From Actinomycetes bacterium (GTDB lineage Bacteria; Actinomycetota; Acidimicrobiia; Acidimicrobiales; Aldehydirespiratoraceae): a stretch of DNA of 64,000 nucleotides. The notes beneath the pieces were generated by a model. It was not told the DNA's origin. It ran no database searches and was given only the letters and a program-made list of their open reading frames with translations. Shown piece after piece: positions 18,597 to 29,539 of this stretch. Location: NCBI GenBank assembly GCA_024276495.1, contig JAJRXC010000073.1:18360-82359 (forward strand), in the 5' to 3' direction. The stretch's first letter is position 1. The number at the start of each line of letters is the position of its first letter. Made by a program: the position numbers and the translations under genes.

Positions 18597-19765
18597 CCGA
18601 TCTGCGGATCCCGTCGACGCCGGTGCCCGACAACCTCGTGTTGTCCCCGGTGAAGGAGAGCGGCCTCGCCGCGCAGATGAAGGCCGGGCTCGACGCCCCG
18701 ATCTGCCTCACCTGGGAGTTGACCTACGCCTGCAACCTGCAATGTGTGCACTGCCTGTCGTCGAGTGGTCGCCGGGACCCTCGCGAGTTGAGCACGGCGG
18801 AAGCCGAGGCGGTGATCGACGAACTCGAGCAGATGCAGGTGTTCTACATCAACATCGGTGGCGGCGAACCCACGATCCGTCCCGACTTCTGGCATCTCGT
18901 CGAGTACGCCGTCGACCACGGCGTGGGCGTGAAGTTCTCGACCAATGGCTCGCGGATCGACGCCGAGGTCGCGACGAACCTCGCGATGATGGACTATGTC
19001 GACGTCCAGATCTCGATCGACGGCGCCGACGCCGCGACCAACGACGCGGTGCGGGGCGAAGGTTCCTTCACGACGGCGGTGCAGGCGATGGAGCATCTTC
19101 GCGTCGTCGGGTTCGGTGAGTTCAAGATCTCCGTGGTGATGACCCGGCACAACATCAGCCAGGTCGACGCCTTCGAGGCGATGGCGCGGTCCTACGGGGC
19201 CCAGCTCCGGCTCACCCGGTTCCGGCCCTCGGGGCGCGGCGCCGACAGCTGGCACGAGCTGCACCCCACCGACGCGCAGCAGCGGGAGCTCTACCACTGG
19301 CTGCTCGACCGTCCCGATGTCCTCACCGGCGACTCGTTCTTCCATCTCTCGGCGCTCGGCGAAGCGCTGCCCGGCCTCAACCTGTGCGGGGCCGGCCGGG
19401 TCGTCTGTCTCATCGATCCGCTCGGTGACGTCTACGCCTGCCCGTTCGTCCTCCACGACGAGTTCCTCGCCGGCAGCGTGCGTGACGAAGGCGGGTTCCG
19501 GCGGGTCTGGCAGGAGAGCGACCTGTTCACCGAGTTGCGCGAACCCCAGTCGGCGGGCGCATGTGCGTCGTGCGGCCATTTCGACGCGTGCCAAGGGGGC
19601 TGCATGGCCGCCAAGTTCTTCACCGGGATTCCCCTCGACGGCCCGGATCCCGAATGTGTGCTCGGCCACGGCGAACCGCTGGTCGAGGCGGCCGATCGGA
19701 CCCGTCGCCCCGTCGGACAGGATCACTCCCGCCCGGTTCCGGTTCGGTTCCTCGGTCGTCGATGA
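18593..19765 (+). CDS. mftC: mycofactocin radical SAM maturase MftC
   Basis: CX3CX2C (YACNLQCVHC) radical-SAM cluster. C-terminal SPASM cysteines (CGAGRVVC...CPF...CASCGHFDACQGGC). Sits immediately after mftA and mftB. Confidence 0.92.
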   Translation: MTDLRIPSTPVPDNLVLSPVKESGLAAQMKAGLDAPICLTWELTYACNLQCVHCLSSSGRRDPRELSTAEAEAVIDELEQMQVFYINIGGGEPTIRPDFWHLVEYAVDHGVGVKFSTNGSRIDAEVATNLAMMDYVDVQISIDGADAATNDAVRGEGSFTTAVQAMEHLRVVGFGEFKISVVMTRHNISQVDAFEAMARSYGAQLRLTRFRPSGRGADSWHELHPTDAQQRELYHWLLDRPDVLTGDSFFHLSALGEALPGLNLCGAGRVVCLIDPLGDVYACPFVLHDEFLAGSVRDEGGFRRVWQESDLFTELREPQSAGACASCGHFDACQGGCMAAKFFTGIPLDGPDPECVLGHGEPLVEAADRTRRPVGQDHSRPVPVRFLGRR

Positions 19766-20781
19766 CGCGGCGGCTCGCCGCGGCCGTCGGAGCTCTCACG
19801 CTGTTGGCGGCGGCCTGCAGCGACGGGAGTCCCGCGGCGACCCGGGAGTCGGTTCCGGCGTCGAGCGCGGCTGCCTCGTCGACGGTCCCGGCCACCACTT
19901 CCCTGCCGCGCACCCCGACCAGCACCGCCACCGCGACCACACCGGCGCCGGTCGCGACTCGTCCCCACGACGTCGTCCGCGCCACGGCGACCTATGTCGA
20001 TCCGACGAGGATCACCCCGGCCGGTGCGCAGACCGAGGATCTCCCGTCGCGAACCCTCGACGTCTGGATCGACCGACCCGACACGACCGTCCCGCGGCCG
20101 CTGGTGATCTTCGCTCACGGGCTGACCGGCCATCCACGGTCTCACGAGCTGCTCCGCGACAAGCTGGCGGCGGAGGGGTTCGTCGTGGTCGCACCGGCGT
20201 TTCCGTTGACCAACAACGACGTCCCCGGGGCGTTCGCCAACGCCGGCGACACGGGCGAGCAGGTGAACGACGTGTCGTTCCTGATCGATGCCGTGCTCGC
20301 CGACCCCGAGTTGGGTCCGCTCGTCGACGCCGACCGCATCGGGATGATCGGGCATTCCCTGGGCGGGATCACCACCGCGGGGGCTGCGCTCTCGGCGTCC
20401 GGCGACCCGAGGATCTCCGCCGCGGTCGTCATCTCGGCCGGCTACGGCCAGGCCCGAGACGACGTCGCGGTGATGACGGTGCACGGTGACACCGACCGGA
20501 TCGTGCCCTACACGAGCAGCGAGCTGTCCTACCGGTTGCTGACCGGGCGTCGGATCTTCGTGACGCTCGTCGGCGGCACCCACCTCACCGGCATCCTCGA
20601 CGACGACTCCGACCTCGGCGTGGCGTTGCGGGGGCTCGCCGCGGCGTTCTTCGCGGTCGAGCTCGATGTCGAGGAAGGGCAGGTGGCGGCGATCGACGAG
20701 TTGCCGCTCGACTCCGTGACGATCGAGGCGGGTACCGGCGCGGGGCCACTCGCCGATTGGCGCGACTACTTCACGGGCTGA
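19762..20781 (+). CDS. secreted lipoprotein alpha/beta-hydrolase (GHSLG nucleophile elbow)
   Basis: ATG 19762 overlaps the mftC stop (ATGA). Signal peptide with lipobox LLAAAC. A Thr/Pro/Ala-rich linker is followed by VIFAHGLTG and GMIGHSLGG. Confidence 0.8.
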   Translation: MTRRLAAAVGALTLLAAACSDGSPAATRESVPASSAAASSTVPATTSLPRTPTSTATATTPAPVATRPHDVVRATATYVDPTRITPAGAQTEDLPSRTLDVWIDRPDTTVPRPLVIFAHGLTGHPRSHELLRDKLAAEGFVVVAPAFPLTNNDVPGAFANAGDTGEQVNDVSFLIDAVLADPELGPLVDADRIGMIGHSLGGITTAGAALSASGDPRISAAVVISAGYGQARDDVAVMTVHGDTDRIVPYTSSELSYRLLTGRRIFVTLVGGTHLTGILDDDSDLGVALRGLAAAFFAVELDVEEGQVAAIDELPLDSVTIEAGTGAGPLADWRDYFTG

Positions 20782-20790
20782 CGGGCCGGC

Positions 20791-21495
20791 TCAGCGGCGG
20801 CTGAACAGGCGCAGCACGTACCAGAACATCGTCATCACCGAGGAGAACAGCCCGAGCGCGGCGGCCACGTGGGCCTGGGCCGGGTACTTCCGGATGATGG
20901 TCTGGGTCTGGTAGAGGATCGACACGCCGGAGAGGGCGATCATCGCGATCGAGAACCAGACCCCGAGGCTGAAACCGAACAGCACGGCGGCGACGATCAG
21001 CACGAGGGCGACGACGAAGCCGTACATGACCATCGGTCGCAGGAACGAGAGGTCCTTGCGGGTGACGAAGCCGACCACGGTGAGCCCGGCGAACGCGACG
21101 GCGGTGATGAGGGCGGCCGAGGCCACGGTGGTGCCGCCGTTGTCGCGGCTGTTGAAGACGTAGTGCAGCATCGGCGCGAACAGCACCGCGTAGAGCGCCG
21201 CCGACCCGAAGAGGGCGGCGTACTGCCGCTGCGGGTTGAGCAGATCGGCGGCCGCGTTGGCCACGATCCACTGGCCGAGCATGAAGCCGCCGAGGATCAA
21301 CAACCAGGTGGCGCCGCTGCCGGCGACGAAGTCGTAGATCCGTTCGGCGATCCCCAGGTTGATGAACAACGCCTCGATCCCGACGAAGGCGATGATCGCC
21401 GCCATCAGGTGCTGGTAGACCCGCACGACGAAGTCGCCGCGGGTCTCCTCGTCGAGGGCCGCTACCGGTCGCAGATCGATGTCGCCATAGGTCAT
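20791..21495 (-). CDS. Bax inhibitor-1/YccA family membrane protein
   Basis: Seven hydrophobic helices. N-terminus FVVRVYQHLMAAI and the C-terminal basic tail are typical of the BI-1/YccA family. ATG 21495 (MTYGDID) is preferred. Confidence 0.85.
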   Translation of the reverse strand: MTYGDIDLRPVAALDEETRGDFVVRVYQHLMAAIIAFVGIEALFINLGIAERIYDFVAGSGATWLLILGGFMLGQWIVANAAADLLNPQRQYAALFGSAALYAVLFAPMLHYVFNSRDNGGTTVASAALITAVAFAGLTVVGFVTRKDLSFLRPMVMYGFVVALVLIVAAVLFGFSLGVWFSIAMIALSGVSILYQTQTIIRKYPAQAHVAAALGLFSSVMTMFWYVLRLFSRR

Positions 21496-21558
21496 GGTCG
21501 TCAGTCTACCGGTCGGGGCCGGTTCCACCAGGGCGCCCCGGGGGTCGTCCGGGCCGGA

Positions 21559-22749
21559 TCATCCGGTCGTGATCACGCCGCCGTCGAGCAACACCCGGCG
21601 CTGCTTCGCGGTGATCCCGGCCTCACGAAGCACCTCCTCGACGTGCTCGTTGAGCAGCGGGGCCGATGCCTTGAACTCCGGCGGCGTGGCGCTGAACCGG
21701 GCCGACATGCGGGGGCTGCGGATCCGACCCCCCGTGGGATGATCCCATTCGACGAACGTCTCGGCGTGCACGACCTGTGGGTCGCCGGGGAGGTCCTCCA
21801 TCGAGTTGACGTGTCCGCACGGCACCGAGTGCTCGTGCATGCGGGGCAACAGGTCGGCCACCGGCCACTCCAGGAAGGCATTGGCCAAAAGCGCGCCGAG
21901 CTCCTCCTGGCGACCGTGGCGGGCCTCCGCGGTGCCCCACTGGTCGTCATCGCACCACTCGTCGCGGCCGAGGGCGCGGAACAATCCGTGGAACTGTTGG
22001 TCGGTGATGACGAAATAGACGATGTGGCCGTCCGCGCAGGGGCTCAGCTGGTAGAGCTCCGACAGTCTGAATCCGGGCGACACGTCGTCGTCGAGCATCG
22101 TGTCGGCCATTCCCCCGTCGGGCCAGAGGAACTGGATCGCGACATCGAGCATCGACAGCTCGATGTGTTGACCGCCGGCCCCGCCGTTGCGGGCGTGGAG
22201 GGCGCTGGTGATGGCCAGCGCCGCCATCCACCCCGCGGCCTTGTCGACGACGCCGTTGCGGACCAGGTCCGGGATCGGAACCTCGGGGTTGACCTGGAGC
22301 GCGACATAGCCCGCCATCGCCTGGATGATCGGGTCGTACACGGGCCGGTCGGCGTAGGGCCCCGACGGCCCGTAGCCCGACATCGAGCAGTATACGACGT
22401 CGGGATTCACCGCGGCCGCGCCGTCCCAACCCACTCCGAGCCGGTCCATGACCCCGGGGCGCATGTTCTGGATCACCACATCGGCCTGGGCGATGAGCGT
22501 CAGGACGAGGTCGCGTCCGGCCGGCTGCTGGAGGTCGACCTGGATCGAGCGTTTGCCCCGGTTGTTGTTGAGCACGGAGCTGTTCATGTCGCCCTTGGCG
22601 AACTGGGCGAGTCGGGTGAGGTCACCGAACCCGGGCGGTTCGATCTTGACGACGTCGGCGCCGAGGTCGCTCAACAACATCGCGGCCAACGGCCCCGCGA
22701 TCACCTGGGTCATGTCGATGACCCGAATTCCGTCGAGTGGGCCTGGCAT
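21559..22749 (-). CDS. family III CoA-transferase (CaiB/BaiF)
   Basis: LDGIRVIDMTQVIAGPLAAMLLSDLGADVVKIEPP is the canonical CaiB/BaiF N-terminus. ATG 22749 has GAGGAA upstream. Confidence 0.9.
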   Translation of the reverse strand: MPGPLDGIRVIDMTQVIAGPLAAMLLSDLGADVVKIEPPGFGDLTRLAQFAKGDMNSSVLNNNRGKRSIQVDLQQPAGRDLVLTLIAQADVVIQNMRPGVMDRLGVGWDGAAAVNPDVVYCSMSGYGPSGPYADRPVYDPIIQAMAGYVALQVNPEVPIPDLVRNGVVDKAAGWMAALAITSALHARNGGAGGQHIELSMLDVAIQFLWPDGGMADTMLDDDVSPGFRLSELYQLSPCADGHIVYFVITDQQFHGLFRALGRDEWCDDDQWGTAEARHGRQEELGALLANAFLEWPVADLLPRMHEHSVPCGHVNSMEDLPGDPQVVHAETFVEWDHPTGGRIRSPRMSARFSATPPEFKASAPLLNEHVEEVLREAGITAKQRRVLLDGGVITTG

Positions 22750-22856
22750 CGTGACGTTCCTCGGTTCGCGGGTTCGGCGGCGGCCAGGACAATAGCCGTG
22801 TATCCTCATCCGGCATTTCGACCGTCCGGTCGGAGCAACGAACCTGGAGACCCCCA

Positions 22857-23054
22857 ATGGGCATACTCGACAAGATCAAGGGCCTCGTCGGTGGCAACGC
22901 CGACAAGGTCGAAGACGGCATCGACAAGGCAGCCGACCTGGTCAAGGACAAGGTCGGCGACGAACACGCCGACAAGGTCGACATGGCCGCGGAGAAGGCG
23001 AAGGACGTCGTCGACAGCCTCGACGGTGACGACGGCGACGACAGCGGCGACTGA
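22857..23054 (+). CDS. small Rv0909/MT0933-like (so-called antitoxin-like) protein
   Basis: 65 aa, MGILDKIKGLVGGNADKVEDGIDKAADLVKDKVG..., matching the remembered MT0933-like pattern. GGAGA RBS present. Confidence 0.65.
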   Translation: MGILDKIKGLVGGNADKVEDGIDKAADLVKDKVGDEHADKVDMAAEKAKDVVDSLDGDDGDDSGD

Positions 23055-23138
23055 CCCGGTTGCTCCCACTGACGGGATCGATCCGTCGGCCGGTACGGTC
23101 GGGGGAGAAGAGCCGGTTCAGTCGAGAGGTGTGAACGC

Positions 23139-24308
23139 GTGAGCAATCCGTGGTTCGAAACGGTCGCGATCGCCCAACAACGGGCGAAGAAGCGGCTGCC
23201 GAAGTCGGTCTACGGGGCGCTCATCGCCGGGGCCGAGGCCGGTGTCTCCATGCGGGACAACGTCTCGGCCTTCGACGAGCTCGGTTTCCGGCCCGTCACC
23301 GCCGGCCAGTCGGCCGAGCGGGCCATGGAGGTCGAGGTCATGGGCCAGCCGGCGTCCATGCCGGTGCTGATCTCTCCCACCGGTGTGCAGGCGGTGCATC
23401 CCCACGGTGAGGTCGCCGTGGCCCGGGCCGCCGCGGCCCGCGGGGTGCCGATGGGGTTGAGCTCGTTCTCGGGGAAACCGGTGGAGGAAGTCGCCGAGGC
23501 CAGCCCGCAGACCCTGTTCCAGATCTACTGGGCCGGGGATCGTGACTCGATGGTCGCCCGGATGGAGCGGGCCAAGGCCGCCGGGGTGGTCGGGATGATC
23601 CTCACCCTCGACTGGTCGTTCTCCCACGGCCGCGACTGGGGCAGCCCGCAGATTCCCCAGGCGTTCACCGTGCGGGAGCTGCTTCCCCATGTTCCCGACG
23701 TGATCACGCGCCCCCGATGGGGGCTCACCTGGCTGCGGGACCGTTCCGTTCCCCTGCTGCAGGTCCCGAACTTCGTGGTCGGCGAGGAGAAGCCGCCGCT
23801 GTTCTTCGAGGCGTACGGCGTGTGGATGAGCACCCCGCCGCCGAGCTGGGACGACGTCGCCTGGTTGCGGGCCCAATGGGACGGACCGTTCATGATCAAG
23901 GGTGTGGCGCGGGCCGACGAGGCCCGCCGGGCGGTCGACGCCGGCGCCACCTGCATCTCCGTGTCGAATCACGGCGGCAACAACGTCGACAGCGCCCCGG
24001 CCCCGATCCGGGTGCTGCCCGAGATCGCGGCGGCCGTCGGCGACGACATCGAGATCGTGCTCGACGGGGGCATCCGCCGCGGTTCCGACGTGGTGAAGGC
24101 CTGCGCCCTCGGCGCCGACGCGGTCCTCATCGGCCGGGCGTATCTGTGGGGGCTGGCGGTCAACGGCCAGGCCGGGGTGGAGAACGTCCTCGACATCTTG
24201 CGGGGCGGGATCGACGCCACACTCCGCGGGATCGGAGTCGACTCGATCGCCGACCTCACCCCGTCCGACGTCGTCGTGCCGCCGAACTTCTCGCCGCCGG
24301 CTCTTTGA
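23139..24308 (+). CDS. mftD: pre-mycofactocin synthase MftD (FMN-dependent alpha-hydroxy-acid-oxidase fold)
   Basis: N-terminus [23 protein letters not shown] plus [26 protein letters not shown] and [16 protein letters not shown] closely match the remembered Mtb LldD1/MftD sequence. GTG start. Confidence 0.85.
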   Translation: MSNPWFETVAIAQQRAKKRLPKSVYGALIAGAEAGVSMRDNVSAFDELGFRPVTAGQSAERAMEVEVMGQPASMPVLISPTGVQAVHPHGEVAVARAAAARGVPMGLSSFSGKPVEEVAEASPQTLFQIYWAGDRDSMVARMERAKAAGVVGMILTLDWSFSHGRDWGSPQIPQAFTVRELLPHVPDVITRPRWGLTWLRDRSVPLLQVPNFVVGEEKPPLFFEAYGVWMSTPPPSWDDVAWLRAQWDGPFMIKGVARADEARRAVDAGATCISVSNHGGNNVDSAPAPIRVLPEIAAAVGDDIEIVLDGGIRRGSDVVKACALGADAVLIGRAYLWGLAVNGQAGVENVLDILRGGIDATLRGIGVDSIADLTPSDVVVPPNFSPPAL

Positions 24309-24346
24309 GTCGATTCGGTCCGGTTCGTGCGCCGACACCGCGGCTG

Positions 24347-27300
24347 ATGACGGCCGGTTGGGAGTTCTGGATCGACCGGGGCGGGACGTTCACCGACATC
24401 GTCGCCCGGCGCCCCGACGGTGTGACCGTCACCCACAAGCTGCTGTCGGAGAACCCGCGACGCTATCCCGACGCCGCGATCCAGGGAATCCGCGACCTGC
24501 TCGGAGTCGCCGAGCCGGACCCCCTTCCGGTCGAGATGATCGAGTCGGTGAAGATGGGAACCACGGTGGCCACCAACGCCCTGCTCGAACGCGAGGGCGA
24601 GCCGACGGTCCTCGTCACCACGAAGGGGTTCGCCGACGCCCTGCGGATCGGCTATCAGGCCCGCCCCGACATCTTCGCCCTCGACATCGAGCTCCCCGAG
24701 ATGCTCCACACCAGGGTCATCGAGATCGATGAGCGGATGAGCGCCCACGGCGAGGTCATCGTCGGGCTCGATGCCGAGTCGGCCCGGACCGAGCTCGCAT
24801 CGGCGCGGGCCGACGGGTTCGACGCCGTCGCGATCGTCCTGCTCCACGGGTACCGCCACACCCACCACGAGGCCCGGCTCGCCGAGATCGCCCGCGAGCT
24901 CGGATTCGGCCAGGTGTCGGTGAGCCACGAGGTGAGCCCGCTCATGAAGCTGGTCAGCCGGGGCGACACCACCGTGGTCGATGCCTACCTCACGCCCATC
25001 CTGCGCCGATACGTGGCCCGGGTCGACGAGCAACTCCGCCCCGACGGGCAGGGCCCCCGGGTCATGTTCATGCAATCGAACGGCGGGCTCACCGACGCAC
25101 ACCGGTTCCAGGGAAAGGACGCGCTGCTGTCGGGCCCCGCCGGCGGGGTCGTGGGGATGGTGCGAACCGCGGCGGCGGCCGGTTTCGATCGCCTGATCGG
25201 GTTCGACATGGGCGGCACCTCGACCGACGTGTCGCATTTCGCCGGCGCGCTCGAGCGGACCTACGAGACCGAGGTCGCCGGGGTCCGCATCCGGGCGCCG
25301 ATGATCCACATCCACACCATCGCCGCCGGCGGGGGGTCGGTGCTGCACTTCGACGGCAGCCGCATGCGGGTCGGTCCCGACTCGGCCGGTGCCGACCCCG
25401 GACCGTGCGCCTACGGCAACGATGGGCCCCTCGCGATCACCGACTGCAACGTCGTCCTCGGTCGGCTACGGCCCGAGCTCTTCCCGGCGGTGTTCGGCCC
25501 GGACGGCACCGCGCCACTCGACGCCGCCGCGGCGCGGGCGAAGTTCGAGGTCCTGGCCGCGGAGATCTTGGCGGCCACCGGTGTGTCGTCGACCGTCGAG
25601 GAGATCGCCGAGGGGTTCTTGTCGATCGCGGTCGAGAACATGGCCAACGCGATCAAGAAGATCTCGGTGCAGCGCGGGCACGACGTGACCGACTACACCC
25701 TGGTCTGCTTCGGTGGCGCCGGTGGCCAGCACGCCTGCCTCGTCGCCGATCGGCTCGGCATCGGCCGGATCCACATCCATCCTCACGCGGGTGTGCTCTC
25801 CGCGGTCGGCATCGGATTGGCCGATGTCCGCGACATCGCCGACGAGTCGATCGAGCGCGAGCTGCACGTCGATCTCCTCTCCGAGCTGATGTCTCGATGG
25901 GAGCGGCTGGCCGCGCGCGGGAGGCGTGCGGTCGCGGCCCAGGGAGTACCGGCCGACCGCATCACCACCCGCCGCCGGCTCGCCCTGCGCTATCAGGGGT
26001 CCGACACGGCGCTGCTGGTCGACGAGGGATCGGTCGACGAGATCATCGCTCGCTTCGAGGAACGACATCGGGCCCGCTTCGGGTTCGTCTCCCCCGAGAC
26101 GGCGCTCGTCGTCGAGTCGATCCAGTTGGAGACCATCGGTGCGGGCGCCGCGTCGGTGTCGGCGATTCCCGACGCTACCGGAGAGGCGGATCTCGGTCGT
26201 CGCGACGCGGTCATGGCGGGCTCGTGGACGACGACACCGTTCCTGCGCCGGTCGGCACTCCCGGTCGGCGTACCGGTCGACGGCCCGGCGGTGGTGATCG
26301 ACGCGACCGGCACGACCGTCGTCGAACCGGGTTGGCAGGCGGTCGTGAACGACCTCGGCGACCTCGTGCTGGAGCGGGTGATCGCCGCCCCCGATCGGGT
26401 CGCGGTCGCCACGTCGGTCGATCCGGTCCAGCTGGAGATCTTCAACAACCTCTTCATGAACATCGCCGAGCAGATGGGGGTGGTGCTCGAGAACACGGCG
26501 GCGTCGGTGAACATCAAGGAGCGCCTCGACTTCTCGTGTGCGGTCTTCGATCCCGACGGTGAGCTGGTCGCGAACGCTCCGCACATGCCGGTGCACCTCG
26601 GCTCGATGAGCGAGTCGATCAAGTCGATCATCCGCGAGAACCCCGACATGAGCCCCGGCGACGTCTACGTGATGAACGCGCCGTACAACGGTGGTACCCA
26701 CCTGCCCGACGTCACCGTCGTCAAACCCGTCTTCGACGATGGCGAGAGCCGTCGTGACACCGTCGGACACGGCGGCGGACGCCCCATCTTCTACGTGGCG
26801 AGCCGCGGCCATCACGCCGACATCGGCGGCCGGGTGCCGGGGTCGGCACCGGCCGACTCGACGAGCATCGAGGAAGAGGGGATCCTGCTCGACAACGTCG
26901 TGTTGGTCCGGGCCGGCCGTTTCCTCGAAGCGGAGATCCGGGCCCTCCTCACCGCCGGCCCGTACCCGGCTCGGAACCCGACCCAGAACATCGCGGATCT
27001 GTCCGCCCAGGTCGCCGCGTGTGAGAAGGGGACCATCGAGCTGCGTCGGGTCATCGACCACTACGGCCTCGACGTCGTCCACGCCTACATGGGGCACGTG
27101 AAGGACAACGCCGAGGAGGCGGTGCGTCGGGTCGTCGCGACCGTGGGGGACTCGACGTTTCGGTGTGAGATGGACGACGGTCACGCGGTCGAGGTGGCGA
27201 TCACCGTCGATCACGAGCGACGCGGCCTTCGCGTCGACTTCACCGGCACGAGCGCGACCCATCCCGGGAACTTCAACGCGCCGTCGGCCATCGCCCACGC

Positions 27301-27991
27301 CGCGGTGCTGTATGTCTTTCGCTGCCTGGTCGACGACATCCCGCTCAACGCCGGGTGTCTGAAACCGATCGAGATCGTGCTGCCCGAGAACTCGATGATC
27401 AACCCCCGCCACCCGGCCGCGGTCGTGGCGGGCAACGTCGAGACCAGCCAGATCATCGTCGACACCCTGTTCGGGGCCCTTCAGGTCATGGGCGCGGCTC
27501 AGGGGACGATGAACAACCTCATCTGGGGCAACGCGGCGCATCAGTACTACGAGACGATCTGTGGTGGCGCGGGCGCGACCCCGCGAGCCGACGGTTGTGA
27601 CGCCGTCCACACCCACATGACCAACTCCCGGCTGACCGATCCCGAGGTGCTGGAGTGGCGCCACCCGGTCCGGCTCGAGAGCTTCCGCATCCGGCGCGGC
27701 TCCGGTGGTGCGGGCGCGCACCGCGGCGGGGACGGGGTCGTTCGCCGGGTGCGTTTCGGCGAGCCGATGGAGGTCAACATCTTGTCCGGCCGTCGGCGGG
27801 TGCCGCCGTACGGGATGCACGGCGGCGAACCGGGCGCAGTCGGCCACAACCGGTTGATCCGGGCCGACGGAACCGTGACCGAGCTCGGAGCCACCGTGCA
27901 GACGACCGTCGACGACGGCGACGTGATCGAGATCGAGACCCCGGGCGGCGGGGGCTACGGTCGCGTCGATGGCACCACGACAGCTGGGTGA
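24347..27991 (+). CDS. fused hydantoinase A/B - 5-oxoprolinase (ATP-hydrolysing) family protein
   Basis: 1214 aa. N-terminus [16 protein letters not shown] and MGGTSTDVS (HyuA part). HMPVHLGSM and YNGGTHLPD (HyuB part). The track ORF starts artificially at 23717 inside mftD; the real ATG is at 24347. Confidence 0.9.
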   Translation: MTAGWEFWIDRGGTFTDIVARRPDGVTVTHKLLSENPRRYPDAAIQGIRDLLGVAEPDPLPVEMIESVKMGTTVATNALLEREGEPTVLVTTKGFADALRIGYQARPDIFALDIELPEMLHTRVIEIDERMSAHGEVIVGLDAESARTELASARADGFDAVAIVLLHGYRHTHHEARLAEIARELGFGQVSVSHEVSPLMKLVSRGDTTVVDAYLTPILRRYVARVDEQLRPDGQGPRVMFMQSNGGLTDAHRFQGKDALLSGPAGGVVGMVRTAAAAGFDRLIGFDMGGTSTDVSHFAGALERTYETEVAGVRIRAPMIHIHTIAAGGGSVLHFDGSRMRVGPDSAGADPGPCAYGNDGPLAITDCNVVLGRLRPELFPAVFGPDGTAPLDAAAARAKFEVLAAEILAATGVSSTVEEIAEGFLSIAVENMANAIKKISVQRGHDVTDYTLVCFGGAGGQHACLVADRLGIGRIHIHPHAGVLSAVGIGLADVRDIADESIERELHVDLLSELMSRWERLAARGRRAVAAQGVPADRITTRRRLALRYQGSDTALLVDEGSVDEIIARFEERHRARFGFVSPETALVVESIQLETIGAGAASVSAIPDATGEADLGRRDAVMAGSWTTTPFLRRSALPVGVPVDGPAVVIDATGTTVVEPGWQAVVNDLGDLVLERVIAAPDRVAVATSVDPVQLEIFNNLFMNIAEQMGVVLENTAASVNIKERLDFSCAVFDPDGELVANAPHMPVHLGSMSESIKSIIRENPDMSPGDVYVMNAPYNGGTHLPDVTVVKPVFDDGESRRDTVGHGGGRPIFYVASRGHHADIGGRVPGSAPADSTSIEEEGILLDNVVLVRAGRFLEAEIRALLTAGPYPARNPTQNIADLSAQVAACEKGTIELRRVIDHYGLDVVHAYMGHVKDNAEEAVRRVVATVGDSTFRCEMDDGHAVEVAITVDHERRGLRVDFTGTSATHPGNFNAPSAIAHAAVLYVFRCLVDDIPLNAGCLKPIEIVLPENSMINPRHPAAVVAGNVETSQIIVDTLFGALQVMGAAQGTMNNLIWGNAAHQYYETICGGAGATPRADGCDAVHTHMTNSRLTDPEVLEWRHPVRLESFRIRRGSGGAGAHRGGDGVVRRVRFGEPMEVNILSGRRRVPPYGMHGGEPGAVGHNRLIRADGTVTELGATVQTTVDDGDVIEIETPGGGGYGRVDGTTTAG

Positions 27992-28643
27992 CGAGACCTC
28001 GCCTTCCCTGAGGGGCGACCGGTGCACGTTGCTCGTCCCGCTGGGGGCGACGGAACAGCACGGCCCCCATCTGCCGCTCGACACCGACACCCGCATCGCG
28101 GTCGCGGTGGCCGAGGGAGTGGCGGCGAGGATCGACGACACGATCATCGCCCCGCCGATCGCGATCGGGGCGTCGGGTGAGCATCAGGGATTCGCGGGCA
28201 CGTTGTCGGTCGGCACCCGGGTGTTGACCGACATGCTCGTGGAGATCGTGCGAACCGCCGGCCCCGAGCTCGCCCGCATCGTCGTGCTCAACGGGCACGG
28301 CGGCAACGCCTACGCGTTGCGGGCCGCAGTCGACGTCTGCGCGGCGGAGGGGAGATCGCTCGAGGTCTGGTCGATTCGTCTGCCCGGCGCCGACGCTCAC
28401 GCCGGGCGCACCGAGACGTCGTTGCTGTTGCATCTCGCCCCCGAGGCGGTGGCGATCGACCGGGCGGTCGCCGGCAACACCGACCCGCTCGACGAGCTCC
28501 TCCCGAAGATCATGGACGGCGGCGTCCGGGAGGTCTCCGACAACGGGGTGCTCGGCGATCCGACCGGGGCCTCCGCAGCCGAGGGCGCCCGCCTGTTCGC
28601 GGCGCTCGTCGACGACGCGGTGGCGCAGATCTCGGCTCGGTGA
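27969..28643 (+). CDS. mftE: mycofactocin peptidase MftE (creatininase family)
   Basis: [24 protein letters not shown] and LNGHGGN are creatininase-fold motifs. Lies adjacent to a mycofactocin-type SDR. Overlaps the oxoprolinase 3' end by 23 nt. Confidence 0.8.
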   Translation: MAPRQLGDETSPSLRGDRCTLLVPLGATEQHGPHLPLDTDTRIAVAVAEGVAARIDDTIIAPPIAIGASGEHQGFAGTLSVGTRVLTDMLVEIVRTAGPELARIVVLNGHGGNAYALRAAVDVCAAEGRSLEVWSIRLPGADAHAGRTETSLLLHLAPEAVAIDRAVAGNTDPLDELLPKIMDGGVREVSDNGVLGDPTGASAAEGARLFAALVDDAVAQISAR

Positions 28644-28650
28644 TCCGCCG

Positions 28651-29481
28651 ATGGTCGCACCGGGCCGGCGCGCCTGCGACGCTGGAGGGGTGAACCGTCC
28701 TGTCGCCCTCGTCACCGGAGCCGCCCGCGGAATGGGGGCGGCAACCGTCGCCCGTCTGGTCGCCGACGGGTGGTCGGTCGTCGCGACCGACTCGTGCACC
28801 GACGAACCCGCCATTCCCTACCCGATGGCGACGCGGGCCGAGTTGGATGCGGTGGCGACCGCCGGAGGCGACGATGTCGTCGCGGTGCCCGTCGACGTCC
28901 GCGACCAGCAGTCGCTCGACGCCGCCGTGGCGGTTGCCCTCGATCGCTTCGGCCGTCTCGACGCCGCGATCGCGAACGCCGGGGTGTTCGCGGCCCGCGA
29001 CCGGCTCTGGGAGGTCTCCGACGAGGAGTGGGATGCGGTCGTCGACGTCGACTTGCGTGGCGTGTTCCACACGGCCCGGGCCGCGATACCGGCGATCCTC
29101 GCGAGCCCCGAGCCGCGGCGGGGGCGGTTCGTCGCGGTCGCGTCGACCGCCGCGGTCGTCGGGCTCGAACGAATGGCTCCCTACGTCGCGGCGAAACACG
29201 GTGTGATCGGGTTGGTCCGGGCGCTCGCCGTCGACCTTGCCGGGACCGGCGTGACCGCGAACGCGGTCGCCCCGGGATCCACTCGCACCGGGATCCTCGA
29301 CGCCTCGGCCGCCGCCTACGACACCGCCATCGAGGGGTTCGCGACCCACCAGCGATCCCTCGGGCGTCTCGTCGAAGTGGAGGAGATCGCGGCGACGATC
29401 GCCTTCTTGTGCTCGGCCGGCGCGGCGGCGATCACCGGCGCGGTGGTGCCGGTCGACGGCGGGATGACCAGCACCATCTGA
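28651..29481 (+). CDS. mycofactocin-coupled SDR family oxidoreductase
   Basis: VALVTGAARGMG (TGxxxGxG). The insert CTDEPAIPYPMATRAELD is typical of the mycofactocin-associated SDR subfamily. YVAAKHG (YxxxK) present. GTG 28690 is an alternative start. Confidence 0.85.
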   Translation: MVAPGRRACDAGGVNRPVALVTGAARGMGAATVARLVADGWSVVATDSCTDEPAIPYPMATRAELDAVATAGGDDVVAVPVDVRDQQSLDAAVAVALDRFGRLDAAIANAGVFAARDRLWEVSDEEWDAVVDVDLRGVFHTARAAIPAILASPEPRRGRFVAVASTAAVVGLERMAPYVAAKHGVIGLVRALAVDLAGTGVTANAVAPGSTRTGILDASAAAYDTAIEGFATHQRSLGRLVEVEEIAATIAFLCSAGAAAITGAVVPVDGGMTSTI

Positions 29482-29539
29482 CCCGGGCGATCGACCGCGG
29501 CTACGGTCCCAGCCACCGTTGGACGAGGGAGATGTCGCG

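Noticed and set aside
22857-23054. Toxin-antitoxin module based on the Rv0909/MT0933-like small protein.
   Set aside because: No candidate toxin gene is adjacent; the neighbours are a CoA-transferase and mftD. The family's antitoxin role is itself only putative, so no TA system is called.
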